Source: an uncultured Pseudomonadales bacterium (GTDB lineage: Bacteria > Patescibacteriota > Microgenomatia > UBA1400 > PJMF01). Taken from it: a stretch of 64,000 nucleotides of DNA. Location of the stretch: the NCBI GenBank assembly GCA_964393205.1, contig CAYMSV010000002.1, positions 28,078 to 92,077 of the forward strand, given 5' to 3'. Shown piece after piece: positions 27,717 to 36,740 of the stretch (positions within the stretch are counted from its first letter, which is position 1; the number at the start of each line of letters is the position of its first letter). Made by a program: the position numbers and the translations under genes. The notes below the pieces were generated by a model, which did not search any database, was not told the DNA's origin, and saw only the letters and a program-made list of their open reading frames with translations.

Positions 27717-28229
27717 TTAATTTTCGATAATTCCTCGCAAGAGAGCATCCTCAAGGAGTAAATCCGACTCTGTGCTGACTATTACTTCTATAGGTAAAAC
27801 TTCAGCAGGCACTGAAGCTGAGCCAATAAAGCCAGCCTTAGAATAACTAAGCGTGAAAACTTTTTTCTTAGCATCGCCATCGATTTCTTTAAGCCAAACT
27901 GCAAATGCTTCATTACTGTCTGGTAAATTAGCAGTTACTGTAAAATTGAGTTTATCTTCTACTAGTTGGTAACGAATTTCACCACTAGCTTCTCCTACAG
28001 CCATCATTTCAGCCGTGGAAAAATCAGTTGTTCCTCTAATAATACTTTCTTCTTCTTCTTGAGTAAGAGTTGTAATTTCTAGGTCATTACTTAACAAACT
28101 AGCTCCTTCTTCCGCCACCCTAGTGGAGTACCAGCGAACAAACATAAAAACGACAAAAGCAAAAGCTAATAGTGGGAAGATATAAGGGGAAACTTTTTTA
28201 AATTTTTCTTGCATGAGACCTTCGGCCAA
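27717..28229 (-). CDS. Single-TM hypothetical protein with extracellular beta domain
   Basis: TM at about aa 14-33; acidic, beta-rich C-terminus (ANLP...F.VWL). Confidence 0.6.
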   Translation of the reverse strand: MAEGLMQEKFKKVSPYIFPLLAFAFVVFMFVRWYSTRVAEEGASLLSNDLEITTLTQEEEESIIRGTTDFSTAEMMAVGEASGEIRYQLVEDKLNFTVTANLPDSNEAFAVWLKEIDGDAKKKVFTLSYSKAGFIGSASVPAEVLPIEVIVSTESDLLLEDALLRGIIEN

Positions 28230-28330
28230 AGCCAGTAACTGCTATATTGTGATACTATTTTGAAGTATAAATAACAAGCTGTCAAGATCAGTTAATTTTA
28301 ATATTATGGGATTAAATTTTACTCAAAGTT

Positions 28331-28897
28331 TTAGCTTTTTTGCCAATCCCTACCATACCATAAACCAATTGCTAATTTAGCAATGGCCACGTATTCCTCA
28401 GTGCGATCAATAAAACCCTTAGTTAGAATTCCAATTGCTCCACTTTTACGTTTAAGGTCAAGATCGTTAAATAAATCACCAATTACATGTCCTAATTCTT
28501 GACCAGCTAAAATTCCATCAGCCAAAACCTGTGGCAAACGAAATCTAGCACCACTGGCAGAATAAATATCTCCTTTTTGATCTAGAACACTGATCCAAAC
28601 CGTAGACCACAGTTCTTGATCATTTTTAGCAAATTTTGGACAATAAACTCCACCTTCCGCACCAACAAACAAAACTTCTTCGTCTGGTAGACATAAAGAT
28701 TTTGCCAAAACTATTTTTTTTAAGGCTTTGGCTCGATTAATTGAGCCTTCTAGGGTTTCTTGATCGGTCATTGGTTGCTCCGACACTCCACTAGAAACCG
28801 CTAGTCCGTGCACTTCGATATCAGGATAACTTTCACTAGATGCAATAGTAACAGCATTAATTTTAACTGGATTTTTTGAAGCTACAAAAATTCTCAT
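28331..28897 (-). CDS. yjjX: Inosine/xanthosine triphosphatase (YjjX/DUF84)
   Basis: VASKNPVKINAV, VSSGVSEQP, ET..G..NRA, GAEGG, GAIGILT. Confidence 0.9.
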   Translation of the reverse strand: MRIFVASKNPVKINAVTIASSESYPDIEVHGLAVSSGVSEQPMTDQETLEGSINRAKALKKIVLAKSLCLPDEEVLFVGAEGGVYCPKFAKNDQELWSTVWISVLDQKGDIYSASGARFRLPQVLADGILAGQELGHVIGDLFNDLDLKRKSGAIGILTKGFIDRTEEYVAIAKLAIGLWYGRDWQKS

Positions 28898-28958
28898 TAT
28901 TTGTCTCCATTGATCACAATTATTTTAAATAAGTTGTTTAATGCTTGTTTCTTTGACA

Positions 28959-29894
28959 TTATTCACTTAAAAAACCTCGCAAAATTAAATCTTCAGCTTC
29001 TCCGGCACTTAAACCTCGACTTCGCAGGTAAAGAATTTGCTCTGCCGACAATTTACCAATTGAAGCCTCATGAGTCAATTGAGCATTAGGGTTTTCCACC
29101 AGTAGTTCAGGAATCAATTCTAACTTAGCACTTTTATCCAACATCAAACCACCACAATCAAGATGACCCTTAGCAGCAGCTTTAGCTATAATTCTGGAGC
29201 GCGCTTTAACTTCAGCACCTTTTCGACCAACTAAACGTAAAGTGGAAATAGCATTGGCGCCCGCCCCATTTAAATAGGCAATATCTGTTAAATTCATTTT
29301 GGTATCTTGACAATTAGCTAATATTTTTAAATCAGAGCGGGCGCCCTTTGCTAAATGAATTTGCGCTTTCAATTGCATTGCCCTGGCTGCTGATTCAATT
29401 TTATAGGTATATTCTAGACTAGCTCCTTGTTCTAAAAAGAATTCATAATTAGTACTAACCTGGTCGTTTTTATCCCAATCATGAACATGCTGATAATATA
29501 AACTAGCTCCCTGGCGCAATAATAATTTGCCTTTAGCCTGATGAGAACGACTTTTTCCTATCACCTTTTCACTAAGCAAGCTGGCCGACTCACAAGTACC
29601 AGTTAAGTCAACATACAATCCAGCTTCTATGACAATAAGATTGTTTAGTTGTTGTTTAGTGCCTGGTTTATCTAGAGAAACGCAACCTAAAAAAGAACAA
29701 TTGGGTTGTTCTTTAATCCAAACAAAATATCCTTCTTTGGGCTTATCAACAAAATACTCTCTAGTCCAAGGGAACTTATCCCAAGCTTCTACCGAACTCA
29801 ACACCTCTGACCCAGACATACTAAGAATCTCTTCAATATGGTGGTCTAGTTGTTTATAAGCAGTTTTTACAGCTTTCGCATTTTTGGTAGCCAT
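28959..29894 (-). CDS. SufB/SufD-family beta-helix protein (SmsB-like)
   Basis: GHLDC.GL, IPEL, LTHEASIG, YLRSRGLS..EA..LI..GFL. Confidence 0.88.
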   Translation of the reverse strand: MATKNAKAVKTAYKQLDHHIEEILSMSGSEVLSSVEAWDKFPWTREYFVDKPKEGYFVWIKEQPNCSFLGCVSLDKPGTKQQLNNLIVIEAGLYVDLTGTCESASLLSEKVIGKSRSHQAKGKLLLRQGASLYYQHVHDWDKNDQVSTNYEFFLEQGASLEYTYKIESAARAMQLKAQIHLAKGARSDLKILANCQDTKMNLTDIAYLNGAGANAISTLRLVGRKGAEVKARSRIIAKAAAKGHLDCGGLMLDKSAKLELIPELLVENPNAQLTHEASIGKLSAEQILYLRSRGLSAGEAEDLILRGFLSE

Positions 29895-30570
29895 ATTTTT
29901 TAATGGTGTTTAATACTTTCTTAACATCTCGACTTTGACAAACTAATTCTCCTTGGCGCAAAATAGCAATGCGATCCGGCTTAATTTCATCTAAAACTGC
30001 TCCAGAGTGAGTAATGATTAATAAAGCTATTTTTCTCTTTTTTAATTCTTTCTTGAGGGCAGTTAGAACTTTTCCTAAATTCTCAATGTCCAAACCGGAA
30101 TCCAACTCATCAATAACTAACAACTTAGGGTTTTGATTCAAGACTTGAACTAATTCGGCAATTTTCTTTTCCCCACCAGAGAAATTACTATTAATTTCTC
30201 TAAATAAAAGAGAATCTGCTAGCTCATAATCATAGTCACCGTCGTGAATTTCTTGGATTAAATTTAGTAGAGTAAATAGTTCAACTCCCTTAATTGCTGG
30301 AGCTTGTTGCCAAACAAAAGCTAAACCTGATTTGGCACGTTCTTCTGGTTTAAGAGCAATTAAATCTTGATCAGCAAATTTAATTGAACCAGCACTCACT
30401 TGATAATTGTCATCACCTAGCAAAACCCTAACCAAAGTTGATTTGCCAGCTCCATTAGCACCCATTAAAGCAACTAGTTCTCCACTATTAATAGACAAAG
30501 AAATATTTTTGAGAATTAATTTCTTATCAGCCTCTACATTTAGATTATTAATTTTAAGTAAATTTTTCAT
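29854..30570 (-). CDS. sufC: Fe-S assembly ABC ATPase SufC/SmsC
   Basis: GANGAGKST, FSGGEKK, DELDSGLD, ITH; C-terminal C-X19-CxxC. Confidence 0.9.
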   Translation of the reverse strand: MKNLLKINNLNVEADKKLILKNISLSINSGELVALMGANGAGKSTLVRVLLGDDNYQVSAGSIKFADQDLIALKPEERAKSGLAFVWQQAPAIKGVELFTLLNLIQEIHDGDYDYELADSLLFREINSNFSGGEKKIAELVQVLNQNPKLLVIDELDSGLDIENLGKVLTALKKELKKRKIALLIITHSGAVLDEIKPDRIAILRQGELVCQSRDVKKVLNTIKKYGYQKCESCKNCL

Positions 30571-31058
30571 TATTTATTAAAAGCTTTATTTAAAATATTT
30601 TTAACAAACTGACCTCTTTCACCACCAAAATCATAACTGTTTAGATCATTTAAATTGACCCATGCAAAATCCTGATGTTCTGTTGAAGTTTTGATTTCTG
30701 CCCGATCGCTTTCTGAAAAATCTAAATACCAACCACAATTAATGCTATAAAGATCTCGATCAGCTTCAAAGTAACTAGCAAAATAAATAAGATGCTCAAA
30801 ATCAAAAAGACCTGGTTCAACTAATAAGTTACTCTCTTCTTTGACTTCTCTAGCAATATCTAATTGATGTAGATTAGCAACACTGTCTTGTTCTAGACTG
30901 GGCCACTCGGCGTTGCCTCCTGGTAAATCCCAGGCATTGGGACGAGAAATTGAATCACTACTGCGTTTTAAAATTAAAGCCTCTTTTTGATCCTGATTAA
31001 CTCTTACTATTGCTACCTTGTGCAAAAATTTAACCTTCTGAGTTAGTTGTTGCTTCAT
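30570..31058 (-). CDS. NUDIX hydrolase
   Basis: WDLPGG...REVKEE (Nudix box with an insertion), EH..F.W. Confidence 0.82.
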   Translation of the reverse strand: MKQQLTQKVKFLHKVAIVRVNQDQKEALILKRSSDSISRPNAWDLPGGNAEWPSLEQDSVANLHQLDIAREVKEESNLLVEPGLFDFEHLIYFASYFEADRDLYSINCGWYLDFSESDRAEIKTSTEHQDFAWVNLNDLNSYDFGGERGQFVKNILNKAFNK

Positions 31059-31086
31059 AAAAACTTTCTGTCACTGATTATAACAG

Positions 31087-31626
31087 TTAAATGTTCAGTA
31101 ATTTAAAAGCCAAAATTAATTCACATCTAACTTGTTCAAAGATTTCTTTTTGCGACATTTTTTTAATTTGACCTAAAGTAAACCAAGCAATCTCTTCTGA
31201 TTCGTCATTCTGCTGTAAGGTAGATAAATCAACTTCACTAGCTAATAAATATTGAAAATCTAGGTGTTGTTCACAACCTTTTAACCAATCCTTTTCTCTT
31301 TTCTTTTGACCAGCTAAGCGATATTGATAGTTTTTTTTTGAAATCCAATGCAAGTTAATACTAATCGGCACAGGATGGAAAGAAATATTTTTATCTTGTT
31401 GATCAAAATTTAAATCAAAATTAGGTGGACTAATAGCTTTCACTTTTAATCCGGTCTCTTCAAAAAATTCTCTTTCAGCTGCTTGATGTAAAAATTCTCC
31501 TTCTTCTAAATGACCGCCCGGAGTTAACCATGTTTTTAATTTTTTATGTTTTAACAACAAAACTCGCTGATCAATAATTAACACTCCAGAGGCAGTGTAA
31601 CAAAATTGAGGTTTAGCTTTATTCAT
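31087..31626 (-). CDS. NUDIX hydrolase
   Basis: PGGHLEEGE....AAEREFFEETGL Nudix box. Confidence 0.9.
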   Translation of the reverse strand: MNKAKPQFCYTASGVLIIDQRVLLLKHKKLKTWLTPGGHLEEGEFLHQAAEREFFEETGLKVKAISPPNFDLNFDQQDKNISFHPVPISINLHWISKKNYQYRLAGQKKREKDWLKGCEQHLDFQYLLASEVDLSTLQQNDESEEIAWFTLGQIKKMSQKEIFEQVRCELILAFKLLNI

Positions 31627-31633
31627 AATTTTT

Positions 31634-32218
31634 TTAAATTAAACTCATTTGTGTACCACTAGCCTTTTTCGCTACAAAAGAGAAATCAACAGGGGCTTTG
31701 ATTAATCGATTCCATTTATTGCGAAATTTGACCTCGCCATTCCTTAATCCATAATCATAAACATCTCTAGTCACTTTGACATCCTCTAAACAATATTTTT
31801 CAAGAGCTTTTAGATCACCAATTTGGTAATAACGAATAGCGTCAAGTCCATCTCCAATTTTACCGGAGCCCAAAGTTTCTTGAGCAACAGCGTCTAAGGC
31901 AATGCGATGACCAACGCTGTCTTTAATACGTGTTAATAAATCAAGAGTGGGAATTTTTTTAATATCTGCTTGATAATAAGGAATTAGAGTGGGCATGTCA
32001 AAATTATCTAAATTAAAACCAATCACTACGTCTGCCCTTTCTAACAAAGGAAAGAGTTTTTTTAAATCTTTTTCAAAAAAAGAAAGAAATTGACCTTTTT
32101 TATCGCCATTTTCTCTTAAACACAAACCAACAAAAGAAATACCTAATTTTTCTGGAAAGTAACCTCCAACATCATCGAAACTTTGCTTAGTTTCTACATC
32201 CAAAATCACTTCTAACAT
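31634..32218 (-). CDS. RNase H-like/DEDD exonuclease domain protein (YprB-like)
   Basis: ILDVET, GFN...FD, LD.VA..TLG..K, YCLEDV. Confidence 0.8.
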   Translation of the reverse strand: MLEVILDVETKQSFDDVGGYFPEKLGISFVGLCLRENGDKKGQFLSFFEKDLKKLFPLLERADVVIGFNLDNFDMPTLIPYYQADIKKIPTLDLLTRIKDSVGHRIALDAVAQETLGSGKIGDGLDAIRYYQIGDLKALEKYCLEDVKVTRDVYDYGLRNGEVKFRNKWNRLIKAPVDFSFVAKKASGTQMSLI

Positions 32219-32265
32219 AGGAAACTATCCTAAAACAAGTTTCTGTTGACTGCAAGCTCAAACTC

Positions 32266-32898
32266 TTAAGAATGGTTTTTTGTTAAAGCAGTTTGATAAC
32301 GCTTTTCTGCAGCAGCAAAATCAACTACTTGCCACCAAGCGTCCACATAGTCAGCGCGACGGTTTTGGTATTTTAAATAGTAAGCATGTTCCCACACATC
32401 AACACCTAGTAGTGGTTGATGATGTAAGGTTAGAGGCGAATCTTGATTGGGCAAATTATACATTTCAAGTTTTTTATCTTGATTAAGCACTAACCAAGCC
32501 CAGCCAGAACCAAACTGACTCATTGCTAAATCACTAAATTGCTGCCTAAACTTGTCAAAACCACCGAGATCTTCAATTAAATTTTTAAGATCTCCGACTG
32601 GCTCTCTTGCTCCTTTAGGAGACATGATTTCCCAAAAAATATTATGATGAGCAAAACCTCCACCATGATTTTTTAAAACCATCCAAGTTTTGGAGTCAAG
32701 CTTCTCTTTTAAATCTGCTAAACGCCACAGAACTTCGTCAACTGGCAAATCTTTTAAATCTGGCAAATCTTGAAGTGCTAATTTAAATTTATCTAAATAA
32801 GCTTGATGATGTTTATCGTGATGAATCCTCATTGTTTCTTCATCAATATGGGGTTCAAGAGCATCATAAGCATAGGCTAATGGTTTGAGTTCTAACAT
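32266..32898 (-). CDS. sodA: Superoxide dismutase (Mn/Fe family)
   Basis: HHDKHH, FGSGWAWL, NQD, DVWEHAYY. Confidence 0.95.
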   Translation of the reverse strand: MLELKPLAYAYDALEPHIDEETMRIHHDKHHQAYLDKFKLALQDLPDLKDLPVDEVLWRLADLKEKLDSKTWMVLKNHGGGFAHHNIFWEIMSPKGAREPVGDLKNLIEDLGGFDKFRQQFSDLAMSQFGSGWAWLVLNQDKKLEMYNLPNQDSPLTLHHQPLLGVDVWEHAYYLKYQNRRADYVDAWWQVVDFAAAEKRYQTALTKNHS

Positions 32899-33031
32899 AG
32901 GTCTCCTTTTTTAATTATCAATTAAATACTGTACTGATATTATAGCAGAAAAGTCACTAATAATCAATTATAAAAAAGATTGATATATAAATAAAAAATA
33001 TTTATAGCAAACAATAATTTTACCCAAATAT

Positions 33032-33859
33032 TTAAAGAGTTAATTCCTCAGCTATACGATTAAGTTCAATTAAACGATCTCGCAAAGTAGTGCGTACAAA
33101 ATTTTGCATGGCTGACCAATTAAACTCTTGATCATTTTGACGGTATTGAGCCAATTCTCGCCACAAAAAATTTCCTAAATAAAAACCTTTTGCTCCATTT
33201 TCCATCGCTATTCTGAAATTATCCTTAAACTTTTCATAACTTAAATTTTTTTGATTATCAGCACTTAACAACCAAGGAATATCTAATTCGCTACTAATAG
33301 TAGCTGCCAATAGGGGTTGAGCAACTCCCTCCAAAACTAAAACATCAACAAAAGGATGAAGCTCTTGAATGCTATTTAATAAAATTTCTTCATTGTCAAA
33401 ATTGGTTTGGAGTTTAAGTAAAAAGTCAATTTTTAAACTTTGACTATAATCTCTAATTTCAGCTAACAATTGTTTTTTAACCATGGCTTGCTCTTCGTGA
33501 GACTGATAATTAAGGCTTAATTTCGCCAAAGCATAATTGTTTTGAATTTCTAAAAGTGAAAAATTAGGAAAAAGTTGAGGGATATCTTGAGCCTCTATTA
33601 ATTGGTGTTGTTCTAAGCGAATAAGCGCCCCTACATTCTTGGGTTTGGAACTTAATAAAGCTAAGCTATAAATTGGATCTACAACTATTCCAGTTACTTC
33701 TTTGGACAATTCCATTAATAAAAGGAGAACCTGTTCCAAAAAAGATAGGTTATCAGTTAAACTTAAATCTAAAGATAAAACTTCACTTAAAGATAGAGCA
33801 TCGTCTAAGGCCAGGATGCCAAATAATTGGCGTTGATTGCTAATTGCGGGCAGTTGCAT
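33032..33859 (-). CDS. Degenerate LacD/DUF2090-like class I aldolase-fold protein
   Basis: GILALD, IVVDPIY, AKL, DVL.LE, PWLLS, GAKGF.LG..LW follow the tagatose-bisphosphate aldolase barrel pattern. Confidence 0.6.
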   Translation of the reverse strand: MQLPAISNQRQLFGILALDDALSLSEVLSLDLSLTDNLSFLEQVLLLLMELSKEVTGIVVDPIYSLALLSSKPKNVGALIRLEQHQLIEAQDIPQLFPNFSLLEIQNNYALAKLSLNYQSHEEQAMVKKQLLAEIRDYSQSLKIDFLLKLQTNFDNEEILLNSIQELHPFVDVLVLEGVAQPLLAATISSELDIPWLLSADNQKNLSYEKFKDNFRIAMENGAKGFYLGNFLWRELAQYRQNDQEFNWSAMQNFVRTTLRDRLIELNRIAEELTL

Positions 33860-33901
33860 CTTTTTAGTATAGCAAAAAAACCCTGGTTACGCTCAATTTA
33901 A

Positions 33902-36181
33902 TTAAGAACGGCGTCTGTTGTTTTGATTATTATTCGAACGATAGTTACGATTACTACTTCGACCCTGATCAAAACGTCTTTGACCTCCGCCACGTGTTGA
34001 ATTAGAACGAGCTTCTTTTTGAGCAGCTTCTTCCTCTGGAGTAAGAGCTGTTAAAGCTATTTTACCATCTGGACCTATTTCTTTAATACGTATCTTTAAA
34101 TGATCGCCCAGTTTAACTTTTTCATGAGCGTCCCTCACATAATCAGTATACATATTAGATACATGAAGCAGACCATCTCGTCCCGGCAAATATTCAACAA
34201 AAGCACCATAGTTTTCAACTCTAGTAACTTCGCCTTCAAATTCATCACCAACTTCTACTTCTCTAACTAAGCCATCTATCATTTCCAAAGCTTGATCTAT
34301 TGCTTCTTGATCCGGAGAAGAAATATTAATAACGCCCTGTTTCTTTTCTTTATCTTCAACTACGTTGACCTCTGCTCCAGTTTTTTCAATAATATCCTTA
34401 ATAACACTACCGCCACTACCAATCACTGTACCAATCTTTTCTGCAGGGATAACTAATTGAGATACTTTTGGCGCATATTGGCTTAATTCTTCTCGTGAAC
34501 TAGTAATATTTTTAAGCATTTCTTGCATAATATGCATGCGACCCTTATGAGCTTGAGAAAGAGCTTTGACTAAGATGTCTTTGTCTATACCTTTTAGTTT
34601 AATATCCATCTGAATAGCTGTAATTCCTTTTTCACTACCAGCTACTTTAAAATCCATGTCACCGACGTGGTCTTCTAAGCCCTGAATATCCGAAAGAATT
34701 ATAAACTTGTCTTTACCGTCACTCATCAATCCCATGGCAATACCTGAAACAGGTCGCTTAAGAGCCACACCAGCTGCCATTAAAGACAGAGTGGAACCAC
34801 AAACAGCAGCTTGAGAGGTTGAGCCATTAGAACTCATGATCTCAGTTACCACTCGAATCGCATAAGGAAATTCTTCTTGTGAAGGTAACATTGGCCTCAG
34901 CGCTCTTTCAGCAAGAGCTCCATGACCAATTTCTCGTCTCTTAGGATAAGCAATGCGTCCAGCTTCTCCAGAAGCATAGGGAGGCATGTTGTAATGATGC
35001 ATGTAATGTCTCACTCTCTCACCAGTAATATCTTCAACTGTTTGACCCAAAGAAGGATCGGCTAAAGTTACTACAGTCAAAGCTTGAGTTGCACCTCTTT
35101 TAAACATAGCGCTGCCGTGAGCCCTAGGTAAAACATCAATTTCTGTCCAAATTTGTCTAATTTCATCAGTTTTTCGACCATCCGGACGAACTCCATCTTC
35201 AAGAATCATTCTTCGAGCTTCATCTTTTTCTAATTGATAAATGATATCTGCTACCATAGCAACACTAACTTCTTTATCACTCTCTTTGGCCTGATCAGTT
35301 TTTTCAGCAACAATCTTTTCAATTAATTCGCTGATGCCAGAATCTTCCAGTTGTGCTTTCTTAAGCACAGCCTGATTAATTTCTGGACCATACTTTTGAT
35401 CAATTTCTGACTTCAATTCGCTGATAAATGATTGCTCATCTTCGCTGATTTCCTCAGTCAAAACTGCTTTTTCTTTGCCAATTTCTTTGGCAATCTTTTC
35501 AATTTCTCCACAAACTCCAGATAAAACTTCTTGAGCTTTAACTAAAGCATCGACAATAATTGACTCTTTAACCTCGTTTGCTCCAGCTTCTACCATCACA
35601 ATTGAAGTTTTAGAAGCTGACACAATTAGATCAAGATCGTTTTCTTCGATTTCACTTTTTAGAGGGTTAAAGATAAATTGCTCTTTTGAACCATCTTTGG
35701 CTAAAGCTAATCTAGCTCCGGCAATAGGCCCATCAAAAGGAATTTCACTAATTTGTAGCGCTAAACCAGCAGACAATAGAGCCATCATATCTGGCTCATT
35801 TTCACCATCATAAGATAGAACTGTGCTGATTATTTGTACTTCATGTTTAATTCCATCTGGAAATAAAGGACGCATGGTGCGATCTATCACTCTAGCTCGC
35901 AAAATTGCATCATCCGTAGGACGACCCTCTCTTTTTACCCAACGAGAACCTTTAATCATACCGCTTGAATAGAGTTTTTCCTCGAATTCAACTGATAAAG
36001 GAAAGTAACCGAGATTAACTTTACGACCAAGTGCTACTGTAGTGTGTACAACAGTGTCACCACATTGTGCTAATACTGCAGCACTAACTTGTTCACTAAA
36101 TTTACCAACTGTAAATTTAATGGTTTTATCACCAATGACCACATCACGATGATATTGCTTTTCATAACTTGGATAAGACAT
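33902..36181 (-). CDS. pnp: Polyribonucleotide nucleotidyltransferase
   Basis: RREIGHGALAERAL, SNGSTS, DHVGDMDFKVAG, KH and S1 domains. Confidence 0.98.
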   Translation of the reverse strand: MSYPSYEKQYHRDVVIGDKTIKFTVGKFSEQVSAAVLAQCGDTVVHTTVALGRKVNLGYFPLSVEFEEKLYSSGMIKGSRWVKREGRPTDDAILRARVIDRTMRPLFPDGIKHEVQIISTVLSYDGENEPDMMALLSAGLALQISEIPFDGPIAGARLALAKDGSKEQFIFNPLKSEIEENDLDLIVSASKTSIVMVEAGANEVKESIIVDALVKAQEVLSGVCGEIEKIAKEIGKEKAVLTEEISEDEQSFISELKSEIDQKYGPEINQAVLKKAQLEDSGISELIEKIVAEKTDQAKESDKEVSVAMVADIIYQLEKDEARRMILEDGVRPDGRKTDEIRQIWTEIDVLPRAHGSAMFKRGATQALTVVTLADPSLGQTVEDITGERVRHYMHHYNMPPYASGEAGRIAYPKRREIGHGALAERALRPMLPSQEEFPYAIRVVTEIMSSNGSTSQAAVCGSTLSLMAAGVALKRPVSGIAMGLMSDGKDKFIILSDIQGLEDHVGDMDFKVAGSEKGITAIQMDIKLKGIDKDILVKALSQAHKGRMHIMQEMLKNITSSREELSQYAPKVSQLVIPAEKIGTVIGSGGSVIKDIIEKTGAEVNVVEDKEKKQGVINISSPDQEAIDQALEMIDGLVREVEVGDEFEGEVTRVENYGAFVEYLPGRDGLLHVSNMYTDYVRDAHEKVKLGDHLKIRIKEIGPDGKIALTALTPEEEAAQKEARSNSTRGGGQRRFDQGRSSNRNYRSNNNQNNRRRS

Positions 36182-36216
36182 ATTATCCTTCTTTCTTTTA
36201 GCTCAATAGAGCCTTC

Positions 36217-36304
36217 AACAAAATTTGGGGAAATGAGTATTCTGAAAAATCGATAAAATTTATCAACTTTTTGGAATCCTCACCTAACATTCCCAAACCC
36301 TGTT
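36217..36304 (-). promoter_or_regulatory. Long imperfect stem-loop in the pnp 5' leader
   Basis: Nested pairings AACAGGG/TTTTGTT, TTTGGG/CCCAAA, TGAG/CTCA, ATTC/GAAT, AAAAGTTGATA/TATCGATTTT; promoter TGTTATAAT at 36325-36333. Confidence 0.6.
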
Positions 36305-36358
36305 TATATTAATAACAGACTAGTATTATAACAAATTTAAGAGAATTTATCACTAGGC

Positions 36359-36628
36359 TTACTTGCTTAGACCTAATTTATCGATCAGCTTACGATAACG
36401 TTCTTCGCTACGACCTAAAAGAAAATTAAGTAAACGACGACGTTTAGAAACTTGTTTCAATAAACCTTTGCGGGAATGATTATCTTTTTTATGAGTTTTG
36501 AGGTGCTCACTTAACTCTTGAATTGAAGCAGTTAAAAGGGCAATTTGTACCTCTGGCGATCCGGTATCACCTTCGAATAAAGCAAAATCTTTAATAATTT
36601 GAGATTTTTGTTTACTAGTTAATGCCAT
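36359..36628 (-). CDS. rpsO: 30S ribosomal protein S15
   Basis: [25 protein letters not shown]. Confidence 0.98.
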   Translation of the reverse strand: MALTSKQKSQIIKDFALFEGDTGSPEVQIALLTASIQELSEHLKTHKKDNHSRKGLLKQVSKRRRLLNFLLGRSEERYRKLIDKLGLSK

Positions 36629-36643
36629 AGATCCTTTCGATTG

Positions 36644-36684
36644 TTACCTTTAACCAACAAGCCTTAGCCTGTTTAGCAAAGTAA
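36644..36684 (-). promoter_or_regulatory. Hairpin in the rpsO leader (candidate S15 autoregulatory site)
   Basis: TTACTTT/AAAGGTAA, GCTA/TGGT and ACAGGC/GCTTGT pairings immediately 5' of the AAAGGA SD. Confidence 0.45.
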
Positions 36685-36740
36685 GCATTATTATTTTTTA
36701 ACCTGGATATTATATCACAGCTTTTTATTTTAATTTAAAA

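Noticed and set aside
32899-33031. Possible Fur/PerR/FNR-type operator upstream of sodA (ATCAAT...ATTGAT)
   Set aside because: The region is very AT-rich and the spacing matches no known box; it cannot be distinguished from chance.
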